From assembly GCA_963741535.1 (NCBI GenBank), contig CAVUIP010000009.1:51457-115456 (forward strand): a stretch of DNA of 64,000 bases, read 5' to 3'. This document shows positions 20,434 through 30,384 of the stretch, piece after piece; within the stretch, counting starts at the first letter, position 1; every line of letters begins with the position of its first letter. Origin of the DNA: an uncultured Chitinophagaceae bacterium (GTDB lineage: Bacteria > Bacteroidota > Bacteroidia > Chitinophagales > Chitinophagaceae). The notes beneath the pieces are model-generated. The model was not told where the DNA came from. It ran no database searches and saw nothing but the letters and a program-made list of their open reading frames with translations. Both the position numbers and the translations under genes were made by a program.

Positions 20434-22866
20434 CTACTTCACCCTGCTTTTTTCCATATCACTTGCACCTGTTTGCCGGGCTTGCAGGCTTTTACCTTTG
20501 TTAAAACGGTAGCTAAGTTGCACTACAAACACTCTGGTATCCAAATAGCTTTTCCATCTGGCTGTAGAATTAGCTATTGCTTTTATGTTACCGCCTGGTT
20601 GATTGGTGTATAAGGCATCATTTAATGCGGCTCTGAGAGTTCCTTTTTCTTTCCATATTTTTTTACTTACTGCTGTACGCATTGTAAATACCGGCACAGT
20701 TACAAATTGCCCGATATAAATACTTGTTTGGTAAGTGGCACTCAGCTCTGCTGTCCAGGTTTTGCTTAATTGAAACATATTAGTAGGTGCCGAAACCCAA
20801 TAAGTCCCCTTATTGTTCAATGTTTGATTATATATGCTTCCGGTAAAGCTGTTGTATTGCACTTCGTTATACCATTGCAGTGTCCACCATTTTCTTATTT
20901 TATAATTAATATTTACAGAAGAGCCGTAGCTTATTCGTTTTCCAAAATTGCCCGGGCGGCTGTAAAATATATTAGTGCCCTGCTCTATTGTTTCGTTTAT
21001 CTCATTTTCGGTAAAGCTGTACTTCAGGCTTGTGGTAAGCCAGTTTTTGTAAGTATGCGTTAGCTCAAAATTATAAGAGAAAGTAGGCTCTAAAAAAGGA
21101 TTGCCGCCATATAAAGTATAGCGGTCCAGCGGATAAGTAAACGGATTTAGCGATTGATAATCGGGGCGGTTGATGCGCCTGCCAAAATTAAAACCAAGTA
21201 CGTTTTTGCCGGCACTATCAAGATTGTATTGTAAAAATACAGTGGGAAATAAATTGGTATAGGTTCTTTTAAAAGAAGAATCGTTTCGCACCGGGTTTCC
21301 TGTTTGATTGCCCTGCATTATCGTATTTTCTAATCGTAGTCCTAATTGATAACCAAACCGTTTCTTTTGTTGTGAATAGTTAAGATAAACGGCGTTGATG
21401 TTTTCGTTATACTTAAAATTATTAGAGAAGTCGTAGTTGGGTGTTAGTACATTATTGTTTTCATCAAAGAAGTTGGCAATATTATCCGTATTGACCTTAC
21501 TTGTTTTTACACCTGCTTCTGCTTTGGCATTGTTTTTCAGCGGCAACGTATAATCAGCCTTAAAAGAATAGATGGCTATATCTGCAGGTAAATTACTTAC
21601 CAGGTTTGTTTTACTGTCAAATGTACCGTTGGGTAAATAAAGTGTATTCAATAAATTTTGATTCAGCTCTGAACGGTACTTTATATAATCAGCATTTACT
21701 AAAACCTCTGCCCCTTTTTTATTGAGTTTATAATTGTAGTTCAGGTTTATGCTACCATTTTTAAAATTTCGCTTATTGGGATTGTAGGCCGCTACATTAT
21801 TTTGTAACCCCCCGTTCGCATCATAAATCTGTGCGGTGTTGGTGGTGGAGTTGTTATTTATATTTTTAAACCCACTCAGTACAAAACCCAGAGTAGATTT
21901 TTTATTGATGTAATAGTCCAGCCCAATTTTTGCATTATAGCCCTGTATTTGTTTTTTGATATAACTATTCTGGTTAAACGCACTGTTTAAACTGCCATCA
22001 GGTTTTAAGTATGTTCTGTAAATAAATAAATCCTGGTAAGTGCCGGTGTAAGATTGGCTGATATTGGCAGAAATATTTACTTTATTAACCCGGTAGTTAA
22101 TATTTGCACTGTTATTACTTCTTGCATAAGTGCCCTGGCCCTGTGCTAAAGTAATATTGCCATTCCATCCTTTTACAGTAGTTCGTTTTAGTTTTATATT
22201 AATAATACCGGCATTGCCTGCAGCGTCATATTTTGCCGGTGGGTTCGTCATTAATTCAATAGTGGCAATGCTGCTGCTTGGTAAGCCACGCAAATAATTT
22301 GACAAGTCGGCGCTGCTCATATACGTAGGCTTATCATCAATAAACACAATAACGCCACCTTTTCCATGCAGACTAATATTGCCATTGGCATCTACTAATA
22401 CCCCGGGTGATTTTTCCAATACTTCTAATGCTGTAGTGCCGGCATTACTAATAAGTGCATCGGGGCTGATAATCGTTCTGTCTATTTTTCGCTGTACAAA
22501 AGGTTGTTTGGCAGCTACTGTTACTTCATCCATTTGTGTAACCGCTTCTTCTATAGAAATAAATTGTGATAGGGAAGTGTCTGATAAGCTAATATAAAAA
22601 GCCTCAGACCTGTATTTTTTATATCCCTGCAGTGAAGCTTCAAAGTAAAATGAATCTTTTTTAGAAATAATAAATTGAAAAAGACCGAGACTGTCGGTAA
22701 TGGCAGTTTTGTATGGGCTGTTATTTTTTGCATGTAGTAATAAGACCAATACATCCTGTATTGGCTTATTGGCAGCTTGTACTGTGCCGCTGTATTTGGT
22801 CTGTTGTGTAAAAGCCGTAGTAGAAAAAAGAAACAAAGCCAGGGTTAAAAATGTAAAATTGCGCAT
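20434..22866 (-). CDS. Outer membrane beta-barrel / TonB-dependent receptor-like protein
   Basis: Signal peptide, plug motif IELMTNPPAKYDAAGNAGIINI, RRINRP.Y..LNPF, GNP.L.P, LSYRF. Confidence 0.88.
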   Translation of the reverse strand: MRNFTFLTLALFLFSTTAFTQQTKYSGTVQAANKPIQDVLVLLLHAKNNSPYKTAITDSLGLFQFIISKKDSFYFEASLQGYKKYRSEAFYISLSDTSLSQFISIEEAVTQMDEVTVAAKQPFVQRKIDRTIISPDALISNAGTTALEVLEKSPGVLVDANGNISLHGKGGVIVFIDDKPTYMSSADLSNYLRGLPSSSIATIELMTNPPAKYDAAGNAGIINIKLKRTTVKGWNGNITLAQGQGTYARSNNSANINYRVNKVNISANISQSYTGTYQDLFIYRTYLKPDGSLNSAFNQNSYIKKQIQGYNAKIGLDYYINKKSTLGFVLSGFKNINNNSTTNTAQIYDANGGLQNNVAAYNPNKRNFKNGSINLNYNYKLNKKGAEVLVNADYIKYRSELNQNLLNTLYLPNGTFDSKTNLVSNLPADIAIYSFKADYTLPLKNNAKAEAGVKTSKVNTDNIANFFDENNNVLTPNYDFSNNFKYNENINAVYLNYSQQKKRFGYQLGLRLENTIMQGNQTGNPVRNDSSFKRTYTNLFPTVFLQYNLDSAGKNVLGFNFGRRINRPDYQSLNPFTYPLDRYTLYGGNPFLEPTFSYNFELTHTYKNWLTTSLKYSFTENEINETIEQGTNIFYSRPGNFGKRISYGSSVNINYKIRKWWTLQWYNEVQYNSFTGSIYNQTLNNKGTYWVSAPTNMFQLSKTWTAELSATYQTSIYIGQFVTVPVFTMRTAVSKKIWKEKGTLRAALNDALYTNQPGGNIKAIANSTARWKSYLDTRVFVVQLSYRFNKGKSLQARQTGASDMEKSRVK

Positions 22867-23031
22867 TTACAAATATAAATGCCATTCCATAATAATAAAA
22901 TGGATTGGGACGAGCGGTTAAGGCTTAAATAAATTCAATATTAATTTTTTAATCTTGTCGGGTTTTCGGCACAGATATTTTGTTATTAGTATTTTTGTTA
23001 TTTTTTTGACCGCATCATCCCGGGTGCTTAT

Positions 23032-23155
23032 ATTACTGGTGCCACTGCATCATAAAGTAGAAAAATGGGCTACGGCTAAATTAGCGGAGAAGAATAAACA
23101 GATACGATTGGCAAATGCTAAAAAACGATTGAGGAGTTGGAGAAGGGCAATTTAA
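23032..23155 (+). pseudogene. Duplicated 3' end of the TPR/3-TM gene
   Basis: About 120 bp direct repeat of 20302-20423 (LLVPLHHKVEKWATAKL.EKNKQIRLA.AKK). Confidence 0.85.
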
Positions 23156-23403
23156 ATATTGCAGGTTAAAATTTTATTCCTGGAGAAATGTACCTTTTTT
23201 TACCACATTTCTCCAAACAATAATTTACCCCTCTATAAAAAAACCTGTATTTTTTAGCAGAAATAGATAATGAAATAACCATGGATAAATTATTTGAACC
23301 AGCATATGCAACTAAAAAATGATGCAGATAAAAAAATTGCAGCTTTATAAAAACCAAAAGACTATCTTAACTTACAAACTAAAATAAAAGCAACCTTATT
23401 ATA

Positions 23404-24300
23404 ATGAAATCGAAATACAAAAGCGATGCTGTAGATTGGAAAAAAGTTTGGAGCCCCAATAATTTATTACTTATCTTATTTGGCACCGGCCTGGCTGTAC
23501 TGGCCATGAAGGGTTTTATGATACCCAACAAATTTATGGATGGTGGCATAACTGGTATCTCCATCTTATTGCACGAAATATTTCATATCAACATCAGTTA
23601 TTTAGTAATCATTCTTAATGTGCTGTTTATTTACCTTGGCTATAAAAGAATAGGCAAAACTTTTGCCGTACAAACCACTATTGCGGTACTATTACTTTCT
23701 ATTGGTTTACTTTTTATAGAAATAAAACCCATTACCCACGATAAATTATTAATTGCCATTTTTGGCGGCATTTTAATGGGCACTGGTGTAGGCCTGGTAA
23801 TACGTGGCGGTGGTGTTATTGATGGTGCCGAAGTAATAGCCGTTTTCACCGGCAGAAAAACAGGTTTTTCCAACAGCGAAATTATTTTGCTCATTAATAC
23901 CGTAATTTTTGCGGTTGCTGCTTTTCAGTTTGGTATAGAAACCGCCATGTATTCCATCATTACCTATTTTACGGCTACCCGTGCAATTAATTATGTGGTG
24001 GATGGTATTGAAGAATTTACTGCCATGAACATCATCTCCTCTCAACCCGAAGAAATAAAAAATTTTTTGGTTAACGAACTGGGCAAAGGTATTACAGTAT
24101 ATAAAGGCGAAAGAGGTTACCTGCCCGGCAGCTTTGAAGTAAAAACTGATACCGATATTATTGTAACCATTGTAACCCGGCTGGAGATAAAACAAATACA
24201 TGAATCCTTAATGTTAATTGACCCAAAAGCTTTTATTTATGTACAAAGTATTAAAGAAGCAGCCGGGGGTATTTTAAAACATAAGGCACATGCAAAGTAA
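23404..24300 (+). CDS. YitT family membrane protein
   Basis: DGGITGIS, GGG.IDGAE, C-terminal IDPKAF (DUF2179-like). Confidence 0.9.
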   Translation: MKSKYKSDAVDWKKVWSPNNLLLILFGTGLAVLAMKGFMIPNKFMDGGITGISILLHEIFHINISYLVIILNVLFIYLGYKRIGKTFAVQTTIAVLLLSIGLLFIEIKPITHDKLLIAIFGGILMGTGVGLVIRGGGVIDGAEVIAVFTGRKTGFSNSEIILLINTVIFAVAAFQFGIETAMYSIITYFTATRAINYVVDGIEEFTAMNIISSQPEEIKNFLVNELGKGITVYKGERGYLPGSFEVKTDTDIIVTIVTRLEIKQIHESLMLIDPKAFIYVQSIKEAAGGILKHKAHAK

Positions 24301-24871
24301 TTTACCCATGATGAATTTTGTAGTTGATTTATTAAAAAATAAACTCAACAAATTTTACTATTATCATAATGTGGATCATGCCTTATATGTAATGGCAAAG
24401 GCAATTGAAATTGGGCACCACCAAAAATGTACAGCCGAAGAAATTGAATTATTAGCCGTAGCCGGCCTTTGGCACGATACCGGCTTTATTGATAGATACG
24501 ATGGCCACGAAGAAGCAGGTTGTACGCTGGCACAAAAATACTTACCAAAGTATGGTTATACTGCCGGTGCAATTAAAAAAATATGTGGAATGATAATGGC
24601 CACTAAAATACCGCAGCACCCAAAAAATAAATTAGAAGAAATAATTGCCGATGCCGACCTGGAATATCTGGGTACTGCAGCCGCAGCAGAAAAAGCAAAT
24701 GAATTATTTAAAGAGTGGCAACACATCAACCCATTATTAACAAAACAGCAATGGAACAAAAAGCAAATTAAATTTTTAAAACAGCACCATTATTTTACAC
24801 CGTATTGCAGGCAAAATACCGAACCGGCAAAACAAGCTTATCTAAACCAGTTAATACAAACTGAAGGGTAA
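24290..24871 (+). CDS. HD-domain phosphohydrolase
   Basis: YHNVDH, WHDTGF, HEE, IADADL. Confidence 0.88.
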   Translation: MQSNLPMMNFVVDLLKNKLNKFYYYHNVDHALYVMAKAIEIGHHQKCTAEEIELLAVAGLWHDTGFIDRYDGHEEAGCTLAQKYLPKYGYTAGAIKKICGMIMATKIPQHPKNKLEEIIADADLEYLGTAAAAEKANELFKEWQHINPLLTKQQWNKKQIKFLKQHHYFTPYCRQNTEPAKQAYLNQLIQTEG

Positions 24872-25070
24872 TATTTTTTTGCAAATAATAGTCTTCAACC
24901 CAAACTATAGAAAGCAGCAACCTTCGTAACCGCTCACACTCATTTTAATTTTCTGATAACACTGTAAAACCTATTAAACAAAAAACTGGTGTACAGTATT
25001 ATTTTAAATTTTTTTTCCTGATAAAGATTGGTGAACAAAAAAATATATGTACAACCCCAAAAGGCATTAA

Positions 25071-27008
25071 ATGAAACTTACAAAAAAATTAGAAACAGAA
25101 ATTTTAGATGTATATGAGGCCTATTGGGGTGGATTGCTAAATGTAGACATGGAAACCTATGCAGTGGTGCTGGATAAAGAATTCAAACTGTTAGGCACCA
25201 CAGAAGCAGAAGTGTTTTTTAAAAAGATGGAAGCAGTCCGATTTTTAAAAGATACTGCAGACCAGGTAGCAGGAAATATAGAATTACGAAACAGGAAGAT
25301 TAAAGTTGAACCTGTTGATAAAATCATACTTATTACCGAGCAGAACGACACCTATGTTAATATTGATAATGTGTGGAGCTTTTATGCAAAAACAAGAATA
25401 TCAACCATACTGCAGAAAAAAGATAATACCTGGAAACTTGTGCAGATGCATTTATCGCATCCCGATATGAAGGCAGCAGAAGGCCAAACGATTGGCCTTG
25501 AAAAAATTTCAAAAGAAAATATTGAACTGCGGGAAGCAGTAAAAAGAAGAACAATAGAGCTGGAAAATAAGAGCAGGGAGTTGCAAATTGAAGCCGCATT
25601 AGAAAGAGTACGAGCCAGAACAATGGCGATGCAAAAAAGTGAAGAACTTCCCGAAGCTGCTACTATATTATTTCAGCAAGTGCAGGCATTGGGTATGCCA
25701 GCATGGAGTGCAGGCTATTGCATCTGGAATGATGATAAATCTTCTGTTACCTTATGGATGAGCAGCGAAGGAGTGCTGCAACAAGCTTTTACAGCACCTA
25801 CCACAAAAGATGAATTGTTCATTCAAATGCGAAAGGGACAGGAAGATGGTAAAACATTTCATGTAGTAGAAATGGGTGGTAAGAAATTAGTCAAGCACTA
25901 CCAGTATATGCGTACACTACCGGTAGTGGGTGATATTCTTGATTCGATAATTAATGCAGGGCATCCCTTGCCCACTTTTCAGATCATGCATCATGCCTAT
26001 TTCTCAAAAGGATTTCTTTTGTTTATTACTTATGAACCTGTTCCCGATGCACATGATATTTTCAAACGCTTTGGAAAAGTTTTTGACCAGACTTACACAA
26101 GGTTTCTCGATTTGCAAAAAGCAGAGGCGCAGGCACTACGGGCAGAACAGGATTTAATGGCGATTAAAGAAGCCAAACAAAAAGCAGAAGAAGCCTTAAC
26201 AGAGTTGCAGGCTACACAAAAACAATTGATACAATCAGAAAAAATGGCTTCGCTGGGAGAGCTCACGGCAGGCATTGCACATGAAATACAAAACCCGTTA
26301 AACTTCGTCAACAACTTTAGCGAAGTAAGTAAAGAACTATTAGATGAAATGAAAGAAGCAATAGAAAAAGGAGATACTGAAGAAGCAAAAGAAATTATGA
26401 ATGATGTGATTCAGAATTTGGAAAAGATAAATCATCATGGCAAAAGAGCGGATGGTATAGTAAAAGGTATGTTGCAGCACAGCCGCAGCAGTAGCAATCA
26501 AAAAGAAGCTACTGATATTAATGCATTAGCTGATGAATATTTAAGATTAGCTTATCATGGTCTTCGGGCCAAAGACAAATCGTTTAACGCTACAACGAAA
26601 ACTGAGTTTGATGAATCGATTGGCAATATCAACATCATTCCGCAGGATATTGGGAGAGTGATACTGAATTTAATTACCAATGCATTTTTATGTAGGATGA
26701 ATGAAAAAGCAAGCAACAGAGGTACACCTTTTCAAAAGGTGCCACCTCTATACGAACCAACTGTTTCAGTAAGCACAAAAAAAGATGGCGACAAAGTTGA
26801 AATAAAAGTAAATGATAATGGCAACGGCATCCCTCAAAAAATACTCGATAAAATATTTCAACCCTTCTTTACCACCAAACCAACCGGACAGGGAACAGGA
26901 TTGGGATTGAGTTTGAGTTATGATATTGTAAAAGCACATGGTGGGGAATTGAAAGTAGAGACAAAAGAAAATGAAGGAACGGAGTTCACTATTCAATTAC
27001 CGGTTTAA
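25071..27008 (+). CDS. Histidine kinase 1 (soluble; SnoaL/NTF2-like and GAF-like input)
   Basis: H-box [15 protein letters not shown]1, F, G2 boxes; no TM. Confidence 0.92.
   Translation: MKLTKKLETEILDVYEAYWGGLLNVDMETYAVVLDKEFKLLGTTEAEVFFKKMEAVRFLKDTADQVAGNIELRNRKIKVEPVDKIILITEQNDTYVNIDNVWSFYAKTRISTILQKKDNTWKLVQMHLSHPDMKAAEGQTIGLEKISKENIELREAVKRRTIELENKSRELQIEAALERVRARTMAMQKSEELPEAATILFQQVQALGMPAWSAGYCIWNDDKSSVTLWMSSEGVLQQAFTAPTTKDELFIQMRKGQEDGKTFHVVEMGGKKLVKHYQYMRTLPVVGDILDSIINAGHPLPTFQIMHHAYFSKGFLLFITYEPVPDAHDIFKRFGKVFDQTYTRFLDLQKAEAQALRAEQDLMAIKEAKQKAEEALTELQATQKQLIQSEKMASLGELTAGIAHEIQNPLNFVNNFSEVSKELLDEMKEAIEKGDTEEAKEIMNDVIQNLEKINHHGKRADGIVKGMLQHSRSSSNQKEATDINALADEYLRLAYHGLRAKDKSFNATTKTEFDESIGNINIIPQDIGRVILNLITNAFLCRMNEKASNRGTPFQKVPPLYEPTVSVSTKKDGDKVEIKVNDNGNGIPQKILDKIFQPFFTTKPTGQGTGLGLSLSYDIVKAHGGELKVETKENEGTEFTIQLPV
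26718..26749. repeat. Palindromic element read in frame in HK1
   Basis: AGAGGT-A-CACCTTTT-C-AAAAGGTG-CC-ACCTCT. Confidence 0.8.
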
Positions 27009-27016
27009 ATCAGATT

Positions 27017-29310
27017 ATGATGCAAATTAAAATGTATTTAAAAATTGTAGTGTTAGCAGCAATTTCTTTAATCAGCAACAAGTTGCATAGCCAGCAAACA
27101 AGGGTTGATTCTGTCATTGCTTTGTTTAATAAGAGCAATACACCAAAGGGGATTGATACAGCTACATTCAGGGCTGCAAATCAATTAATCGCAAATACAG
27201 TATTATCTTCTGACCAGGTTAACCAACTGGAAAAAGCCATAGCCCAATTTAAAAAAGGTTCAGATGAACAACTTTGCTATCAGGTTAGACGTAATATCCT
27301 GAGTAGTCTGTCAAAATCTGATAAATACAGGGCGATTGATTATGGGAGGTTGACTATTGAAAAATTAGAAAAAATAAATACACCACTAAGTAAAGGAACT
27401 GTGTTGGATTTTCTTTCAAGCTTAAGAATACCTTATCGAAGTTCAGATAAATTGCCAGAAGGTGTACAATTCATTACAGAGAAGTTGAGAGAATATAAAA
27501 GTAGCAATGATTCTAGTGGAATTCGTATTTGCCATTGGATTCTTGGAGGATTTTACAGTACAATTGGTTTGAATGAGTCGGCTATTTATCACCTAAAAAA
27601 ATCCATCAGTTATAACGATACCAGTGATAGGCGGAAGCAGCTTCCGGGCTTTAATTTCGAGGGAAAAATTTTCACGTTAAACAATACGGGAGTATTAATT
27701 CCTATCTATTTAAAAATGGGGCTTTACGATAAGGCTATCGAGTATGGGAATAAATTGCTACGGGAGGCTCTCTATTATTATAGTCCGGCTGGTGGAGGAG
27801 ATTCTACAAAGGGGGGAGTCAATGCCCTGAATAATATAACACATCTTGCTCATGCCAAAATTCTTGCTAATCAGTTAGACAGTGTTGATTATTTATTGCG
27901 GATTTCTGAATCAATTCGTTTTGATGGAGCCTACAAATCATTTACGTTACAGATACGCTCCTTATATGATATGAAGCGGGGAGCATTCAAAGAAGCGGAT
28001 TCGCTTTTGAGAAAATGTTGGCAATTGGTTAATCAATACCAGATTAATGAAAACTCGGGAGCTGGCACTGTTCAACCAGATTATTACCTGGCACTGCTTC
28101 GTATTGAGCAAAAGAAATACAACGAAGCCATTGCATTCTTATTAAAAGATGTGATAAGGGTAAAACCACTTCGTGAATCTGTATTGATGGATTATAAACT
28201 GCTGGCAGAGTTATATGAAAGAACAGGAGATAATGAAAAAGCAAAAGAATACTACAAATATTTCATCAACCTGAAAGATAGTATACTAACTGACCAGTCG
28301 AAATACCGGAACATTAGTTTTGAAACAGAGCAACAAATTACAGATAATGAAATTGCCATTTCAAAATTGGAGAGTAAAAATAAATTATCTGCTCAATCAA
28401 GAAACTTTACCATTGGTATTGCGGCCTTGTTATTGATACTTGCAGGAAGCATCTATTATCGCTTTCAATCTAAAAAGAAAGCCAACCAGGTTTTAGAAAA
28501 AACCTTATCTGAATTAAAATCCACCCAAAGCCAACTCATCCAATCAGAAAAAATGGCTATCGCTTGGAGAACTCACCGCAGGCATTGCCCATGAAATTCA
28601 AAACCCATTGAACTTCGTTAATAATTTTTCAGAAGTGAATAAGGAGTTGATAGATGAAATGAAACAGGAATTTAAAAAAGGCGAAATTGAAGAATGCTAT
28701 TGCAATTGCAGATGATATCAAACAAAATGAAGAAAAGATTATCCACCACGGCAAAAGAGCCGATGCAATAGTAAAAGGAATGTTGCAACACTCCAGTAGC
28801 GGCAGTGGTAAAAAAGAACCCACTAATATTAATGCATTGGCTGATGAATATTTAAGATTGGCTTATCATGGCCTGCGGGCAAAAGACAAATCGTTTAATG
28901 CAACCATGAAAACAGATTTTGATGAAACTATTGGTAACATCAATATCATTCCGCAGGATATTGGAAGAGTGATTTTGAATTTAATTACCAATGCATTTTA
29001 TGTGGTAAACGAAAAAGCCCTGTCGGCGGTTGCAACCCCGACAGCGGCTAAGTACGAACCAACTGTTTCAGTAAGTACAAAAAAAGTTGGCGACAAAGTA
29101 GAAATAAAAGTTGCAGACAACGGCAACGGTATTCCTCAAAAAGTATTAGATAAAATATTTCAACCCTTTTTTACCACCAAACCAACGGGTCAGGGAACAG
29201 GATTAGGATTGAGTTTGAGTTATGATATTGTGAAGGCGCATGGTGGAGAGTTGAAAGTGGAAACGAAAGAAGGAGAGGGAAGTGTGTTTATTATTCAATT
29301 ACCGATATAG
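27017..29310 (+). CDS. Histidine kinase 2 (exported TPR-like sensor, TM; frameshifts near 28560 and 28690)
   Basis: Signal peptide, TPR-like helices, TM, same transmitter as HK1. Confidence 0.85.
29016..29049. repeat. Palindromic element read in frame in HK2
   Basis: AGCC-CTGTCGG-C-GGTTGCAACC-CCGACAG-C-GGCT. Confidence 0.8.
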
Positions 29311-29418
29311 TTATTAGTGTGCAAAACCATCTGAATAAAGGGAGCAAAGAAAGTAAAACCAAAATTGAGTTGTGAGTTAACTGAAAACTAACTTACCAGT
29401 TAAAAAATAAAGCATTTT

Positions 29419-30246
29419 ATGAACAACAAAATAAAACTGTTTGAACAGCAAAAAGTAAGAACACATTGGGATGAAAAGGAACAGAAATGGTTTTTCTCCA
29501 TCATTGATGTAATAGAAATACTAACCGGGACAGACCGTGGTAGAAAATATTGGAATGACCTGAAGAGCAAACTTAAAAAAGAAGGAAGTGAGTTGTCCGA
29601 AAAAATCGGACAACTGAAGATGCAATCGGCAGATGGCAAATTTTATAAAACCGATGTGGCAGATACCGAACAGCTCCTTCGCCTTATCCAATCAATCCCA
29701 TCTCCCAAAGCAGAACCTTTTAAACAATGGTTGGCAAAAACCGGCTATGAAAGAATGAAAGAAATAGCCGACCCGGAGCAAAGCCTTGAAAGGGCAAGAG
29801 AGAACTGGCAAAAACTTGGCCGCAGCGAAAAATGGATACAACAAAGAATGACCGGGCAGGAAACAAGAAACAAACTCACTGATTACTGGAAAGAAAGTGG
29901 CGTGGAGAAATCAGATGAGTTTGCTTTTCTCACTAACATTATTCATACCGAATGGGCTGGTCTTTCTGTAAAACAACATAAAAACCTGAAGGGGTTAAAA
30001 CAACAAAACCTCCGTGACCACATGAGTGAAGCGGAATTAATATTCACCGCTCTTGCCGAACTATCCACCCGTCAAATTGCAGAAACCGATAAAGCAAAAG
30101 GATTAAAACAAAATGCAACAGCCGGGAAAAAAGGTGGTCGTATTGCAAAAGATGCAAGGCAGGCTTTGGAAAATAAAACCGGAAGAAAAGTTATAACAGG
30201 TGAGAACTTTTTACCGCCGCCAAAACAAAACAAGAAATTAAAATGA
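29419..30246 (+). CDS. Bro-N domain protein (antirepressor-like)
   Basis: WFFSIIDVI..LT, RKYW.DLK, LKMQSADGK.YKTD, IQSIPSPKAEPFKQWLA, NLRDHM. Confidence 0.88.
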   Translation: MNNKIKLFEQQKVRTHWDEKEQKWFFSIIDVIEILTGTDRGRKYWNDLKSKLKKEGSELSEKIGQLKMQSADGKFYKTDVADTEQLLRLIQSIPSPKAEPFKQWLAKTGYERMKEIADPEQSLERARENWQKLGRSEKWIQQRMTGQETRNKLTDYWKESGVEKSDEFAFLTNIIHTEWAGLSVKQHKNLKGLKQQNLRDHMSEAELIFTALAELSTRQIAETDKAKGLKQNATAGKKGGRIAKDARQALENKTGRKVITGENFLPPPKQNKKLK

Positions 30247-30282
30247 AATCTGTGAAATCAATAAATCTGTGATTCAGACAAT

Positions 30283-30376
30283 TTATGATATTGTAAAAGC
30301 ACATGGCGGGGAGTTGAAGGTGTAAACAAAGGAAAACGAAGGCTCATCATTTATCATTCAATTACCCACAAAATAA
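30283..30376 (+). pseudogene. Orphan copy of the histidine kinase 3' end
   Basis: [29 protein letters not shown], matching the end of all four kinases. Confidence 0.85.
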
Positions 30377-30384
30377 AATTGAGT

